DNA of 64,000 nucleotides from Candidatus Jordarchaeum sp. LHC_1308 (GCA_019057675.1 JAHLWX010000002.1:5239-69238); one strand, 5' to 3'. Positions 19,662-29,825 are shown, counted from the first letter of the stretch. Numbers and translations: made by a program. Notes: generated by a model from the letters alone, not told the origin.

Positions 19662-21068
19662 TTAAAGTATTAACGAGATCTCCTCAAGCGCCCTCAGAAC
19701 TCGTCTCCCCCTCTGCGTCAACCTGAAGTACTTCCTTCTCCCCCTGTAGTATTCCTCAATGAGCCCTCTCTCCTGAAGTTCTCCTAAGTGTTGATAAACC
19801 GCTTGAATAGAGAGTTGCTTGCCGATAAACTTCCAAATCTCATAACCATATGACTCACCGATCTCTAAGAACCTCAAGATTTCGAACTTTGTCTTGAAGC
19901 CCCCTCTAGACTTTACCCCCCTCCTTCCTCCATCCGCCAATGCATCTATAACATAAGGGTCTTTCAAACCACTCGCTGTGATAAGGCAGACCGCGACTTC
20001 TGAAGGGTCAACGAGTCCCTCCTCCCTCATTTTTCTGAGGCAGGCAACTGATGCGGCGCTTGCCGGCTCAGAAAATACTCCCTCAGCTTTAGCTAAGAGC
20101 TTCTCAGCTTCTATTATTTCCCTATCAGTAACTGTGACGACAACCCCGCCACTTTCCTCAACGGCCTGAGCTGCCAGCCGGCCGTAAGCTGGCATCAGAG
20201 AAACGAGGGGGGACGCCGCCGTTGCGGTTTTCTCAACTCTTCTAACCCTGACCTTTCCTCCTTCACTGATTAAAGTGGCGCACCCATCTGGCTGAACCAG
20301 AACCATTCGAGGGGGGTGATCCGTCACGCCGAGGGCCAAACACTCCTTGATTCCCTTCCAGATAGAGTAGGCCGTATTCCCTGTCCCTGTAGGGACGATC
20401 ACTAGGTCAACATTCCTGCAATCCTCTAAAACTTCATGAGAAATGGTCTTCTGAGCTTCAACGGATAAAGGGTTGAGCTCCGGTGTGGCTTGGTAATATC
20501 CGTCAGCAATCCTCTCCGCCTCAGCTATAGCATCATCTATAACGTTTCCATTTCTTACTATGAGACCCCCATAAATGTACATCTGAGCCAGTTTACTCGC
20601 GTTAACGTTCCTCGGAATTATGATCATACACTCGATTTTTGCCCTAGCACAATAAGCAGCAGCTGAGGCGCCAAAGTTCCCATATGAAGCACAAATCAAC
20701 TTCTTTGCACCGGAATCAAGGGCATTAGAGACAATTAGGGAAGCAGCCCTATCCCTGTAGGAGTTTGTAGGGTTAGCTGTTTCATCTTTAAGTAAAACCC
20801 TTCCTCCCCCCATAGTCTCAGCAAGCTCCTTCGCCTCCCTAAGCGGGGTACCCCCCTCCCCCATGCTTATAATATTCTCATCGCTAATCGGAGGAAAAAT
20901 GGGGCGATACTTCCACATGCCCCGCCTGTTACTGTAAGGCGATTTAATCATCCAGTATTCATAAACATAATCAAGTATCCCCCCACACCTGTCACATCTT
21001 GCTACGGGCGGAAACGGATTCTTCTCTCTTCCGCACGACGTGCACCATAGAACGACGCTCAAGCTCAT
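19662..21068 (-). CDS. thrC: Threonine synthase with C-terminal PadR-like winged-helix extension
   Basis: 468 aa; N-terminal Zn ribbon and PLP-dependent fold (NPTNSYRDR ... lysine region); last ~75 aa (KFEILRFLEIGESYGYEIWKFI...YFRLTQRGRRVL) match the PadR HTH pattern. Confidence 0.85.
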   Translation of the reverse strand: MSLSVVLWCTSCGREKNPFPPVARCDRCGGILDYVYEYWMIKSPYSNRRGMWKYRPIFPPISDENIISMGEGGTPLREAKELAETMGGGRVLLKDETANPTNSYRDRAASLIVSNALDSGAKKLICASYGNFGASAAAYCARAKIECMIIIPRNVNASKLAQMYIYGGLIVRNGNVIDDAIAEAERIADGYYQATPELNPLSVEAQKTISHEVLEDCRNVDLVIVPTGTGNTAYSIWKGIKECLALGVTDHPPRMVLVQPDGCATLISEGGKVRVRRVEKTATAASPLVSLMPAYGRLAAQAVEESGGVVVTVTDREIIEAEKLLAKAEGVFSEPASAASVACLRKMREEGLVDPSEVAVCLITASGLKDPYVIDALADGGRRGVKSRGGFKTKFEILRFLEIGESYGYEIWKFIGKQLSIQAVYQHLGELQERGLIEEYYRGRRKYFRLTQRGRRVLRALEEISLIL

Positions 21069-21139
21069 CCTCCCTTACACACAACTTTATTAGGGTTCGA
21101 ATTTAACATAAAAGTTGCTTCAGCGCCGGGTGATCACAC

Positions 21140-21676
21140 GTGAAAAATGCTTTAACGAGACGCTTTTCACGCTTGCTCTTCCAATTAGAAGAACAAGACG
21201 TTCAGATTGTTATGCTTAAACCCACGCCGAAGATTGATTTGGGGGAAGACGAAGCCATAGGTCCATTTAATGAAGGCGAGATAGTCACACTCCCAGCTTG
21301 GCAAGCACTTCACTTAGTTAAGGCTGGGTTAGCTAAGCTCAAGAACGATGAACCCGTCAATCTAGCTGAGCTTTACAGTTGTCTTTGGAAAGAGGAGCGC
21401 CAGACAGCACTACAGCCTCTCCCAGAAAACTTTCTCCTCCGTCTAAGGTTCTTCATCGAGACTTTCCCTGAGGATGAAAAGAAGAAATTAGCTTCCGCAT
21501 TCAGGGATCTCGTATGTCGAAGGCTGGAGAAAGTCGCTAAAGTCGCTGTTAGGGCGAGGCAGAATGTGAAGGCAACTGAAAATATGCTCCCCGAGGAAAA
21601 AGTGCTTTACTCCGAGCTCGCATCAAACATAAACGAGTGGCTAAAGGTGTTGCATAAGTTTTTAAACATAGAATAA
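21140..21676 (+). CDS. GINS subunit (Gins23/Psf-like)
   Basis: 178 aa; N-terminal B-domain-like segment (EIVTLPAWQALHLVKAGLA) followed by a helical A-domain; lies immediately upstream of mcm as in crenarchaea. Confidence 0.55.
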   Translation: MKNALTRRFSRLLFQLEEQDVQIVMLKPTPKIDLGEDEAIGPFNEGEIVTLPAWQALHLVKAGLAKLKNDEPVNLAELYSCLWKEERQTALQPLPENFLLRLRFFIETFPEDEKKKLASAFRDLVCRRLEKVAKVAVRARQNVKATENMLPEEKVLYSELASNINEWLKVLHKFLNIE

Positions 21677-21696
21677 TCCTTCCCACTTAGAGAAAG

Positions 21697-23763
21697 GTGC
21701 TCATCATGCAGTTAAATCCCCAAGCTAGGTTTGAAGCTTTCCTGAGGGAATATCGTTCAGCTTCGGGAGCTCCCATATATAGAGAGAAAATAAAGCAGTT
21801 AACTGTGAGCGAATCAAGAAGCCTTATAGTCGACTTCAATCACCTCATCGCATTTGACCCGGAGCTAGCCCGAATGGCCCTCGAACACCCCGACCGCTAC
21901 CTTACAGCTGCAAATCAAGCATTTAAAGAAATTCTAAAAGAAATGGATTCGGAATACTTAGACAAAGTTGAGAGAGTTTATGTTAGACTCTCAAGCTTCC
22001 CTGAAGAATATCGCGTCCCATTAAGAAAACTGAGAGCAGAACACATAGGGAAACTAATAGTAGTTAATGGAATTCTAGTAAGAGCGACTGAGGTAAAACC
22101 TCGCCTTGTTGAAGCCATCTTCAAGTGCCGCAGGTGCGGAGAGCAAATGTCAATTCTTCAGGAGGAAAGAGTACTCATAACCCCCGTGGAATGTGCAAAT
22201 CCTAACTGCAGGCGTAAAGGTCCATTCGACCTAATAGTTGAAGATTCAACCTTCATCGATTGGCAAAAAATAAGGATGCAGGAGAAGCCAGAGGATCTCC
22301 CACCAGGCCAGCTGCCGAGGAGTATAGACGCTATACTAACAGACGATATAGTTGATATAGCCCGTCCTGGGGATAGAATTACGCTGATCGGGGTTCTCAG
22401 ACCAGTTCCTGAAAGTCTCGTAGGTAAGCGGTCAAAGCTCGTAACCTTCAATACCGTACTGGAGGTCAACAACATAGAGGTTGTTGGTGCTGAAGCGGAA
22501 AAGCTTGAAATAAGCGAGGAAGACGAACAAAAAATAAATCAACTATCCCAAGACCCATATGTTACGCAAAAGGTTATCCGCTCGATAGCCCCGAGCATAT
22601 ATGGATACGAGCAAATCAAAGAGGCAATAGCTCTCCTCCTCTTCGGAGGCGTACCCAAAGAGATGCCTGATGGGCACAGGATCCGCGGAGACATAAACGT
22701 GCTTCTCCTAGGAGACCCGGGAGTGGGAAAATCACAAATACTACAATACGTGGCTAGGATAGCCCCCAGAGGACTCTACACTTCAGGAAGAGGCGCCACA
22801 GCTGCCGGCTTAACTGCAGCGGTGATGAAAGATCCCGACAGCGGAACGATGCTTCTTGAAGCCGGAGCCCTCGTCTTGGCAGACCAAGGCGTTGCATGTA
22901 TAGACGAGATGGACAAAATGCGCGAGCAAGATCGCGTCGCCCTGCACGAGGCCATGGAAAGCGGCATGTTATCAATAGCCAAAGGCGGGATAGTGGCGAC
23001 TCTTAATGCCAGAACATCAATCCTTGCTGCAGCCAACCCGGCTCTAGGACGCTACAACCCATATAGGCCTCCCTCAGAAAACTTCAGCTTACCGCCAACT
23101 ATACTTTCAAGGTTCGACCTTATCTTCGTAATGATAGACAAGCCTGCTAGGGAACATGACGAAAAAATGGCTGACCACATACTTCACCTCCATCGTGAAT
23201 ACTCCAGCGAGGAGCCACCGCCGATACCTCCAGACCTACTGAGAAAGTATATTGCATATGCTAGAAAAAACGTTAAGCCACGCCTCTTGCCTGACGCCGT
23301 GGAAAAGTTGCGTGGTTTCTACCTTGAAATGAGGAGTAAAGGAGAGCAGCCAGACGCCCCGGTTCCCATCACGGCGAGGCAGCTTGAAGCACTAGTAAGG
23401 TTAGCAGAGGCTAGGGCGAAAATGGCTCTGAGAAGCGAAGTCACAGCCGAGGACGCTGAGGCAGTAATAAGATTGATGAAAGCATCCTTACAACAAATTG
23501 GAAGAGATACTGAGTCAGGCCTCTTTGACATTGATACTATCTATCTCGGTAGCCCGAAGAGCCAGCGCGACAAAATGCAGGCCGTTCTTGACATAATTAG
23601 TGGTTTAGAAGCAGAGCTAGGCGGACCAGTACCTGTTGAACGAATAATAAGTGAAGCAACCGCGGAGAACATAGACAGGAAATTCGTGGAGAAAGCGCTA
23701 AATAAATTCCTCAGTGATGGCTTACTTTTCGAGCCAAAGCCAGGATATGTTAAACATACATGA
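21697..23763 (+). CDS. mcm: Replicative helicase MCM
   Basis: 688 aa; zinc motif, Walker A GDPGVGKSQ, Walker B DEMDKM, arginine finger SRFDL, C-terminal wH. Confidence 0.95.
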   Translation: MLIMQLNPQARFEAFLREYRSASGAPIYREKIKQLTVSESRSLIVDFNHLIAFDPELARMALEHPDRYLTAANQAFKEILKEMDSEYLDKVERVYVRLSSFPEEYRVPLRKLRAEHIGKLIVVNGILVRATEVKPRLVEAIFKCRRCGEQMSILQEERVLITPVECANPNCRRKGPFDLIVEDSTFIDWQKIRMQEKPEDLPPGQLPRSIDAILTDDIVDIARPGDRITLIGVLRPVPESLVGKRSKLVTFNTVLEVNNIEVVGAEAEKLEISEEDEQKINQLSQDPYVTQKVIRSIAPSIYGYEQIKEAIALLLFGGVPKEMPDGHRIRGDINVLLLGDPGVGKSQILQYVARIAPRGLYTSGRGATAAGLTAAVMKDPDSGTMLLEAGALVLADQGVACIDEMDKMREQDRVALHEAMESGMLSIAKGGIVATLNARTSILAAANPALGRYNPYRPPSENFSLPPTILSRFDLIFVMIDKPAREHDEKMADHILHLHREYSSEEPPPIPPDLLRKYIAYARKNVKPRLLPDAVEKLRGFYLEMRSKGEQPDAPVPITARQLEALVRLAEARAKMALRSEVTAEDAEAVIRLMKASLQQIGRDTESGLFDIDTIYLGSPKSQRDKMQAVLDIISGLEAELGGPVPVERIISEATAENIDRKFVEKALNKFLSDGLLFEPKPGYVKHT

Positions 23764-23891
23764 AAAGCGTCCAAAACTAAAAATTAACTTCATTTATTCC
23801 AATATCAAATTAGCTTTCCTTCTTTTTTGCAGCAGAGAAACTTTAATTAGAGTCTCGTTTTCTACTTCTTTTTTTTGGAGGGTGAGCTTAG

Positions 23892-25065
23892 TTGAGTTCA
23901 CCTGTTAGCATTAATTTTGAGGCTAGGCTTAGAAAAATTAGGGGAAAGATGGAAGAAGAAGGCATTGATTTGATCGTCGGCACACGCCTTCGGACGCTAG
24001 GCTATGTTACTGGCGCCTTTATTCCTTGGAGGAGTGCTGTGATAATACCATTACAAGGTGAGCCTGAAATCTTCACAATACTCTTGGATGTCGAAAGGGT
24101 GAAGGATGACAGCTGGATCAAAAATGTCAGGGGATGGGGTCCGGCTGAGGGAATGTATTTAGAACCGCTGATCGCCGACTCGATTAAAAATCTCGGGTAT
24201 GATAAAGGTAGGATAGGCATAGAATACGGACAAGAATGGATTCTCGCTTCAGGACATATTCTTGCCTCCGAGTATGACAACTTGAGAAAGTTGTTGCCTG
24301 ACGCTGAGTTCAAGAATGCTACGCCGTTGATCGACAATCTGACCCTCTACAAGGAACCAGAGGAAATTAAGCTACTCAGAAGAGCGTCAGAAATAACTGA
24401 TGTCGGCCAGCAGGCAGTCAAGGATTCTTTAGAAGTCGGAATGACGGAAACCGAGGTCGCCGGAATAGCAGAATACGCTATGCGAAGCGGGTAGCGACTG
24501 GGCTTGGACGCTGACCGGAGGACAAGAGATCGCATCAGGATACAGGACGGCCTATGCTTGGGGAGGATGCACCCCTGCGTCGGACAAAATAATTCAGCCA
24601 GGAGACAACGTGCTTGTCGACCTTCACGCCATGTACCGCCTTTACTACGGAGACTTATCTCACAACTACATCATGGGACGCCCCTCAGAGGAACAGAAAA
24701 AGCTCTCCGATGCATTCGTCGAAATCTCGTACACTTTAATAGATGAAATGCAGCCGGGAGCAAAAATAGGGGAGATTGCAAGGAAAGCGCTCAGAGTTGC
24801 GGAGAAGCACGGATATGGCAGTAATGTTCTCTTTGGCTTCGGCCACGGGATAGGTGGCGTGGGCAATGAGTCGTACCCCCTCATACTAGACATGCAGCCT
24901 TGGAGCGATATGGAACTTGAGCCAAACATGGTTGAAATAGCAGCAGTAGTTCTGAACAAGCCTGGTGTTGGAGGAATGAGGCTGGAAGCGCCAGTCTGGA
25001 TAAGGGAAAACGGAAACGAAGTTCTCCCTAAAACACCAATAGAGCCAGATGTGATCGAAATATAA
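23892..25065 (+). pseudogene. pepQ: Xaa-Pro dipeptidase / M24 metallopeptidase interrupted by a +1 frameshift
   Basis: ORF 23892..24494 is the creatinase-like N-domain; ORF 24610..25065 is the M24 C-domain (HGIGGVGNESYP); upstream of 24610 the second frame reads SDWAWTLTGGQEIASGYRTAYAWGGCTPASDKIIQPGDNVLV back to 24493, so one reading-frame change at 24489-24494 (GGG TAG C) restores a ~390-aa protein. Confidence 0.7.
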
Positions 25066-25148
25066 AAAATCTTTTTTACTTTTAATGCCTTGACGTTTCA
25101 TGCTTTTTCAGAAAAAATAAAATTGGGGAGACTCTTATTTTTCTTTTA

Positions 25149-25214
25149 GGGCTCTGATGAAGAAAGTTCGGACTCTGAATTAATTGATGAGCTCACGCAG
25201 GCCTTGAGGAGCCC
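25149..25214 (+). ncRNA. C/D-box sRNA candidate (2'-O-methylation guide)
   Basis: GGGCUC-[C box UGAUGA 25155-25160]-14 nt-[D' CUGA 25175-25178]-6 nt-[C' UGAUGA 25185-25190]-13 nt-[D-like UUGA 25204-25207]-GGAGCCC; terminal complementarity GGGCUC/GAGCCC; intergenic. Confidence 0.45.
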
Positions 25215-25274
25215 TAATTTATGCTACGTCTAAGGAGGTCTTTTGTTCTCCTGCCGTCTCTTGGGTGATCACGA

Positions 25275-25610
25275 TTAGTATTCTAGTTCCTTGATTTTCT
25301 TGAGAACCCGTGGTTTTATTTTTGCCTTGTTCAGCGTTGTCTCTTCTTCAAATGGTACTTCTTCCTCTTCTTCGGAGGCTTCTCTTTGCTCTTTTTTGAT
25401 TGATAGTCCGCATATTAAGTCCTTCTGTAGCTGTCCCTTGACGCATATGGCGTATTTGCATGATGGTCCTTGGCATGGGTCCTCAGCCCATTGGCACCAT
25501 ATGAGCTTTCTGTTTCCTGACTGCATTATTCTCATACTTTTGTTGGCGCACCTGAAAAGCTTGCAAAAGGGAGTGCACCGTTTCGCGCTCGACAAATTCA
25601 TTAGCCCCAA
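25275..25610 (-). CDS. Small Cys-rich protein with acidic linker and basic C-terminus (hypothetical)
   Basis: ORF of 111 aa (probable start at the internal Met MRIMQSG); C-x9-C-x4-C-x4-C-x12-C pattern, EEEEE tract. Confidence 0.35.
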   Translation of the reverse strand: MGLMNLSSAKRCTPFCKLFRCANKSMRIMQSGNRKLIWCQWAEDPCQGPSCKYAICVKGQLQKDLICGLSIKKEQREASEEEEEVPFEEETTLNKAKIKPRVLKKIKELEY

Positions 25611-25666
25611 AACAGAGCTTTCAAAGAACTCAGAAAACTAATTAGTAAATAAAATTTACGATCAAT

Positions 25667-26233
25667 TCACCCGTCTTTTTCGCCTTCCCATCTTTTGTAG
25701 AGGTTATGTGGCAATCTTAAAGCATCGAGTATCTTTCCAACGATGAAGTCTACCAAGTCGTTCACTGTTTTTGGCGAGTGGTAGAACGCCGGCATAGCAG
25801 GCAGTATAACTGCTCCTGCAGTCTTAACCAGCATCATGTTTTTTATGTGAATAAGATTTAGGGGGGTCTCCCGGGGGACAAGTATCAGGGGCCTGCCTTC
25901 GGAGAGGGCGCAGTCAGCAGCCCTTCTTATCAACGTGTCCGCTTGGCCTGCGGCTATCGCCGCTAGGGTCGCCATGGAGCACGGGACAATAACTACGGCG
26001 TCTACCTGGTACGAGCCACTAGCTATTGGCGCTGCTAAGTCATTGTTCTCAAACACTTGCGTGGCTAACTCATAAAACTTCTCCACCTCGACTTTAAGCT
26101 CGAATCTTATTACCTTCTTGGCGGCACTCGAAACCACTAGAATAGATTCCTCCCTTCTCTTCCTCAACTCTTCCAGAAGCCTGTATGCGTATATAGCTCC
26201 ACTTGCCCCTGTAACCCCGACAACAATCCTCAC
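25667..26233 (-). CDS. ubiX: Flavin prenyltransferase UbiX/PAD1 family
   Basis: 188 aa; MRIVVGVTGASGAIYAYRLLEEL flavoprotein motif. Confidence 0.85.
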   Translation of the reverse strand: MRIVVGVTGASGAIYAYRLLEELRKRREESILVVSSAAKKVIRFELKVEVEKFYELATQVFENNDLAAPIASGSYQVDAVVIVPCSMATLAAIAAGQADTLIRRAADCALSEGRPLILVPRETPLNLIHIKNMMLVKTAGAVILPAMPAFYHSPKTVNDLVDFIVGKILDALRLPHNLYKRWEGEKDG

Positions 26234-27519
26234 AGGAATTCCTCCTCGGGTTCATTAATCTCCCAGATTGGCCTGAAAAGCTTCACAGTAACTTCCTCGC
26301 CCTGCTCTATGAAACTTCGGTTCGCCTTTATTTCTATGTAGCCATGAGTCGATGTAAGAGTCGTTATCGCCTCTGACCCTGTAGGAGTAGGGTACGCTAT
26401 CAGCTCATTTTCCTCCTTCCTAAGCCTTACCGGCTTAAATTCGAGCCTTCCCTCCTCAGAAAAGATCCTAACTCCCGCTCTTGCCTTAACTTCCATACCC
26501 TCACGAGGGGGAAGATAGGACCATTTCCTTATGTAAGGGTCAACTATAACGTAGTAGGTTAAAAGGGCGGAAGTAGGATGTCCGGGGAGCATGAAGATAG
26601 GCTTACCTTTGTGAGACGCCACGGCTGTAGGCTTACCTGGCTTCATGGCCAGTCCATGAACCATGAAGTCAAGAGCTTCCAGCTCACGTAGGGCAGAGGG
26701 GACGGCGTCTCCTGGACCTTTGGATGTTCCACCAGAGAACACCACTAAGTCGCACGTCGTGAGTGCACTCCTTAAAACCTTTATAATCGCTTCCCTGTTA
26801 TCTCTAACAATCCCCATGTAGAATGGTTCTCCTCCTGATGCTCTAACAGCGTTAATCAACGTGACGGAGTTCACATCATATATCTTCCCCGGCCTCAGTT
26901 CCTCTCCAAGCTTAACAAGCTCATCGCCTGTGCTTGCGACGGCAACTTTCAGCTTCCCATAAACCCGCACCTTTTCTACACCTGTAGCAGCTATTGCACC
27001 AACATCTTGCGGTGACAGCACCCTTCCTTCTTTAACGACTAGCTCCCCCCTCCTTATGTCCTTTCCTTCCTCAACTATGTTTTCCCCAGGAGTTACAGCC
27101 CTATATACCTTTATGTGGCCTTCACCTTCGACTGTGTGCTCCACCATGACGACGGCGTCCGCCCCGTCAGGCATTAGGGCCCCGGTAGCTACCCTCACGC
27201 ACGTCCCCTCACTTACTTGAGGAGCTTGCTCATCACCTGCCTTAACTTCGCCTACCACCTTTAAGGTGACGGGCTCCTCCTCTCCGGCGCCGAACGTATC
27301 CCTTGCAACTACCGCGTATCCATCCCTAGCCGCCCTCCTGAAGTGAGGTACGTTCACCGGGGATCTAAAGTCCTCTGCCAAAACTCTCCCCAACGCTTCC
27401 CAAACACTGACCTCCACTTTGGGAGGAGTCACGTTGAGCTTATCCAATTTCGAGAAAAGGTCCTTTAAAGAAGTCACCGAGTAAAAAATTTCCCTCACCG
27501 GGACCCTCCTAGAAAACAT
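26230..27519 (-). CDS. moeA: Molybdopterin molybdenumtransferase MoeA
   Basis: 429 aa; MoeA N, MoCF-binding (GGTSKG) and C-terminal domains. Confidence 0.85.
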   Translation of the reverse strand: MFSRRVPVREIFYSVTSLKDLFSKLDKLNVTPPKVEVSVWEALGRVLAEDFRSPVNVPHFRRAARDGYAVVARDTFGAGEEEPVTLKVVGEVKAGDEQAPQVSEGTCVRVATGALMPDGADAVVMVEHTVEGEGHIKVYRAVTPGENIVEEGKDIRRGELVVKEGRVLSPQDVGAIAATGVEKVRVYGKLKVAVASTGDELVKLGEELRPGKIYDVNSVTLINAVRASGGEPFYMGIVRDNREAIIKVLRSALTTCDLVVFSGGTSKGPGDAVPSALRELEALDFMVHGLAMKPGKPTAVASHKGKPIFMLPGHPTSALLTYYVIVDPYIRKWSYLPPREGMEVKARAGVRIFSEEGRLEFKPVRLRKEENELIAYPTPTGSEAITTLTSTHGYIEIKANRSFIEQGEEVTVKLFRPIWEINEPEEEFL

Positions 27520-28759
27520 GCAGGAAAAGCTTAACTTTCACTTTTTCTCCTTCATCAAATCCCTCAACATCCTCAGGAATTTCAACCACCCCGTCAGCCC
27601 TCGTCATACTGCTCAGTATGCCTGAACCAGCAACCCTCAATGGAATTGCTATAAGTCCACTTCCACTTTCTTCAATCTTAACTCTAAGAAAGTCCCGTCT
27701 ACCGAGCGTGGATGGTACACGCCTAACTAAAACAGCCTCGACGACTGGCCTTGGATCAATCTTACCTGCTCCAAGCATTTTTCTTATCGAGGGAGCCACA
27801 AGGCTTTCAAAGGCTATCATAGCCGCTACAGGAAATCCCGGAAGACAGAAAACGGGTTTCCGACCTATAAGGAACACCGCGGTTGGCCCTCCAGGCCTTA
27901 TGGTTAAGCCATGCGCCACATTTTTACCTCCAAACTCGGCCACTGTCTCGGGCATATAATCATATTTTCCTACTGATGTTCCTCCCGAGAAAACCGCCAT
28001 GTCGAAGGTTAAGGCCTTATTTATAGTAAGCCTTAACGCATCACGCTCATCAGGCACCACTCCTAGGTATACTGGCTCACCGCCATAAGTCTTAGTTAAT
28101 GCTGCTAACATGTACTCGTTTGACGCGACAACCTGACCTACATCTGGCTCTTCATTTATATCAACAAGCTCGCTTCCAGTTGAGGCTATGGCGACTCTTG
28201 GTTTTGCCGCAACACTCACCTTTTTAACTCCACACTGAAGCAGTAAACCTATTTCCTGAGGACGGATAACTTCACCATCGGCAATCACCACGTCCCCCGC
28301 CTTGACATCCTCTCCTCTACGCGAAACATTCTGGAATGGAGCCACCGGCTTGTAAACATGAACGTACCCCTCGCTAACCGACGCGTACTCTAACATTACA
28401 ACGGCGTCTGCCCCGCGAGGCATGGGCGCCCCAGTAGATATCTGAGCGGCTTCCCCCCTTCTAACTTCAACATCAGAAACCCTTCCAACCGTGCATTCTC
28501 CGACAAGTTTCAGTCTCGCAGGCTTCTCCTGGCTACAGTTAAAGGTATCCGCGGCGACCACGGCATAGCCATCCATCGCAGCCCTGTCAAAGTGGGGGAC
28601 GTCGCGTTCAGCTACTATATTCCCATGAACGATACGTCCTAAAGCCGAAATAGTTGGAATTCTTTCAGGCGGCATCCTGGGAAGAGCTGAGAGAACTTCT
28701 CCAAGAACCTCCTCAAGCGTTCTTCTTTCATCGAACCCTTTCATTCTTACCGATTTCAT
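27509..28759 (-). CDS. moeA: Molybdopterin molybdenumtransferase MoeA (second tandem paralog)
   Basis: 416 aa; same architecture (GGTSVG); tandem with the preceding MoeA. Confidence 0.85.
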   Translation of the reverse strand: MKSVRMKGFDERRTLEEVLGEVLSALPRMPPERIPTISALGRIVHGNIVAERDVPHFDRAAMDGYAVVAADTFNCSQEKPARLKLVGECTVGRVSDVEVRRGEAAQISTGAPMPRGADAVVMLEYASVSEGYVHVYKPVAPFQNVSRRGEDVKAGDVVIADGEVIRPQEIGLLLQCGVKKVSVAAKPRVAIASTGSELVDINEEPDVGQVVASNEYMLAALTKTYGGEPVYLGVVPDERDALRLTINKALTFDMAVFSGGTSVGKYDYMPETVAEFGGKNVAHGLTIRPGGPTAVFLIGRKPVFCLPGFPVAAMIAFESLVAPSIRKMLGAGKIDPRPVVEAVLVRRVPSTLGRRDFLRVKIEESGSGLIAIPLRVAGSGILSSMTRADGVVEIPEDVEGFDEGEKVKVKLFLHVF

Positions 28760-29298
28760 TGTTTAACCTCTCCCTTGACGTGAAACGTTAAGTGCACGGC
28801 TTCTGGAAGAATTAGCTTGGTTAGCGCGATGTGAACTGCATTCGGTGATCCGGGAAGACAAAAAATAGGTGTCCCCCTATACACTCCTGCGTCAGCCCGC
28901 GTAAGCATGGCTGCAGAACCGATCTCCTTGTAGCTTTCAAGCCTTAGAAGCTCGCCGAATCCCGGAATCCTCTTTTCAAAAAGCTGGCCTAGCGCTTCTA
29001 GGGTAACATCCCTCTCTGAAAGCCCTGTCCCCCCCGAGGTTACGACCAAGTCTGCCCCCTCATCAACAGCATGCCTAACCGCCTCAACAATCATCTCAGC
29101 ATCGTCGGGAACAATTTTCCTCAGAATAAACCTGTGACCAGCTTCTTCAACCAGCCTCTTGAACATAGGCGTCGTCTCATCACTGCTCTCTTTCCCCTCT
29201 TTTTCCTCCCTATAGCGCGTGTCGCTTACCACTATGAGAGCAAAGTTTAATGGCTTGGTGAATTTCCTATGCTTGTAATGCGTCGGCTCAGGCCTCAC
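28756..29298 (-). CDS. moaB: Molybdenum cofactor biosynthesis protein MoaB/MogA
   Basis: 180 aa; MoCF-biosynthesis domain, GGTGLSERD motif. Confidence 0.8.
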   Translation of the reverse strand: MRPEPTHYKHRKFTKPLNFALIVVSDTRYREEKEGKESSDETTPMFKRLVEEAGHRFILRKIVPDDAEMIVEAVRHAVDEGADLVVTSGGTGLSERDVTLEALGQLFEKRIPGFGELLRLESYKEIGSAAMLTRADAGVYRGTPIFCLPGSPNAVHIALTKLILPEAVHLTFHVKGEVKQ

Positions 29299-29741
29299 AT
29301 ACCCTCCTCCTTCAGTTTACTTGTAACCCGAACTTCCTCTATCACTGTTTCAGGGTACTGCCCACGTTCATCTTTTTCGTACTGTTTGCACATGTCCCAA
29401 ATTACGAGCAGGGCTATAGAGACCGCCGTTAATGCCTCCATTTCGACCCCCGTCTTTCCCATAGACCTGACCGTTGCTTTAACCTCAACAAAAAAGTCGC
29501 CAGCCTCCACGTTCACATCCACGCTGGTTATCGGTATCGGGTGGCAGAGTGGTATAAGTTCCGGCGTCCTCTTAGCCGCCAGAATCCCCGCTATTTGAGC
29601 CGCTGCCACCACGTCTCCCTTATCGATCATCCCCTCCCTTATTCTCCTTAAGGTGTCCGGCTTAAGCCTTATTCTCCCTCTTGCCTCGGCAGTCCTTAAA
29701 ACATCCTTCTTTTCCCCTATGTCCACCATTTTCGCCTTCAA
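29295..29741 (-). CDS. moaC: Cyclic pyranopterin monophosphate synthase accessory protein MoaC
   Basis: 148 aa; conserved MoaC motifs (KGDVVAAAQIAGI, LIPLCHP). Confidence 0.9.
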   Translation of the reverse strand: MKAKMVDIGEKKDVLRTAEARGRIRLKPDTLRRIREGMIDKGDVVAAAQIAGILAAKRTPELIPLCHPIPITSVDVNVEAGDFFVEVKATVRSMGKTGVEMEALTAVSIALLVIWDMCKQYEKDERGQYPETVIEEVRVTSKLKEEGM

Positions 29742-29825
29742 GCATAGACACCTCAGCTAATGAGACATGAAAAGTTAGATTTAAACCATTTCATGCCCTG
29801 TTAAGACTAAGGACTTCTCTGGCGG

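Noticed and set aside
21069-21139. Possible operator for the ThrC-PadR fusion in the thrC/gins divergent intergenic region
   Set aside because: No clear inverted repeat could be identified by eye. It is left as a suggestion for testing under the ThrC-PadR finding only.
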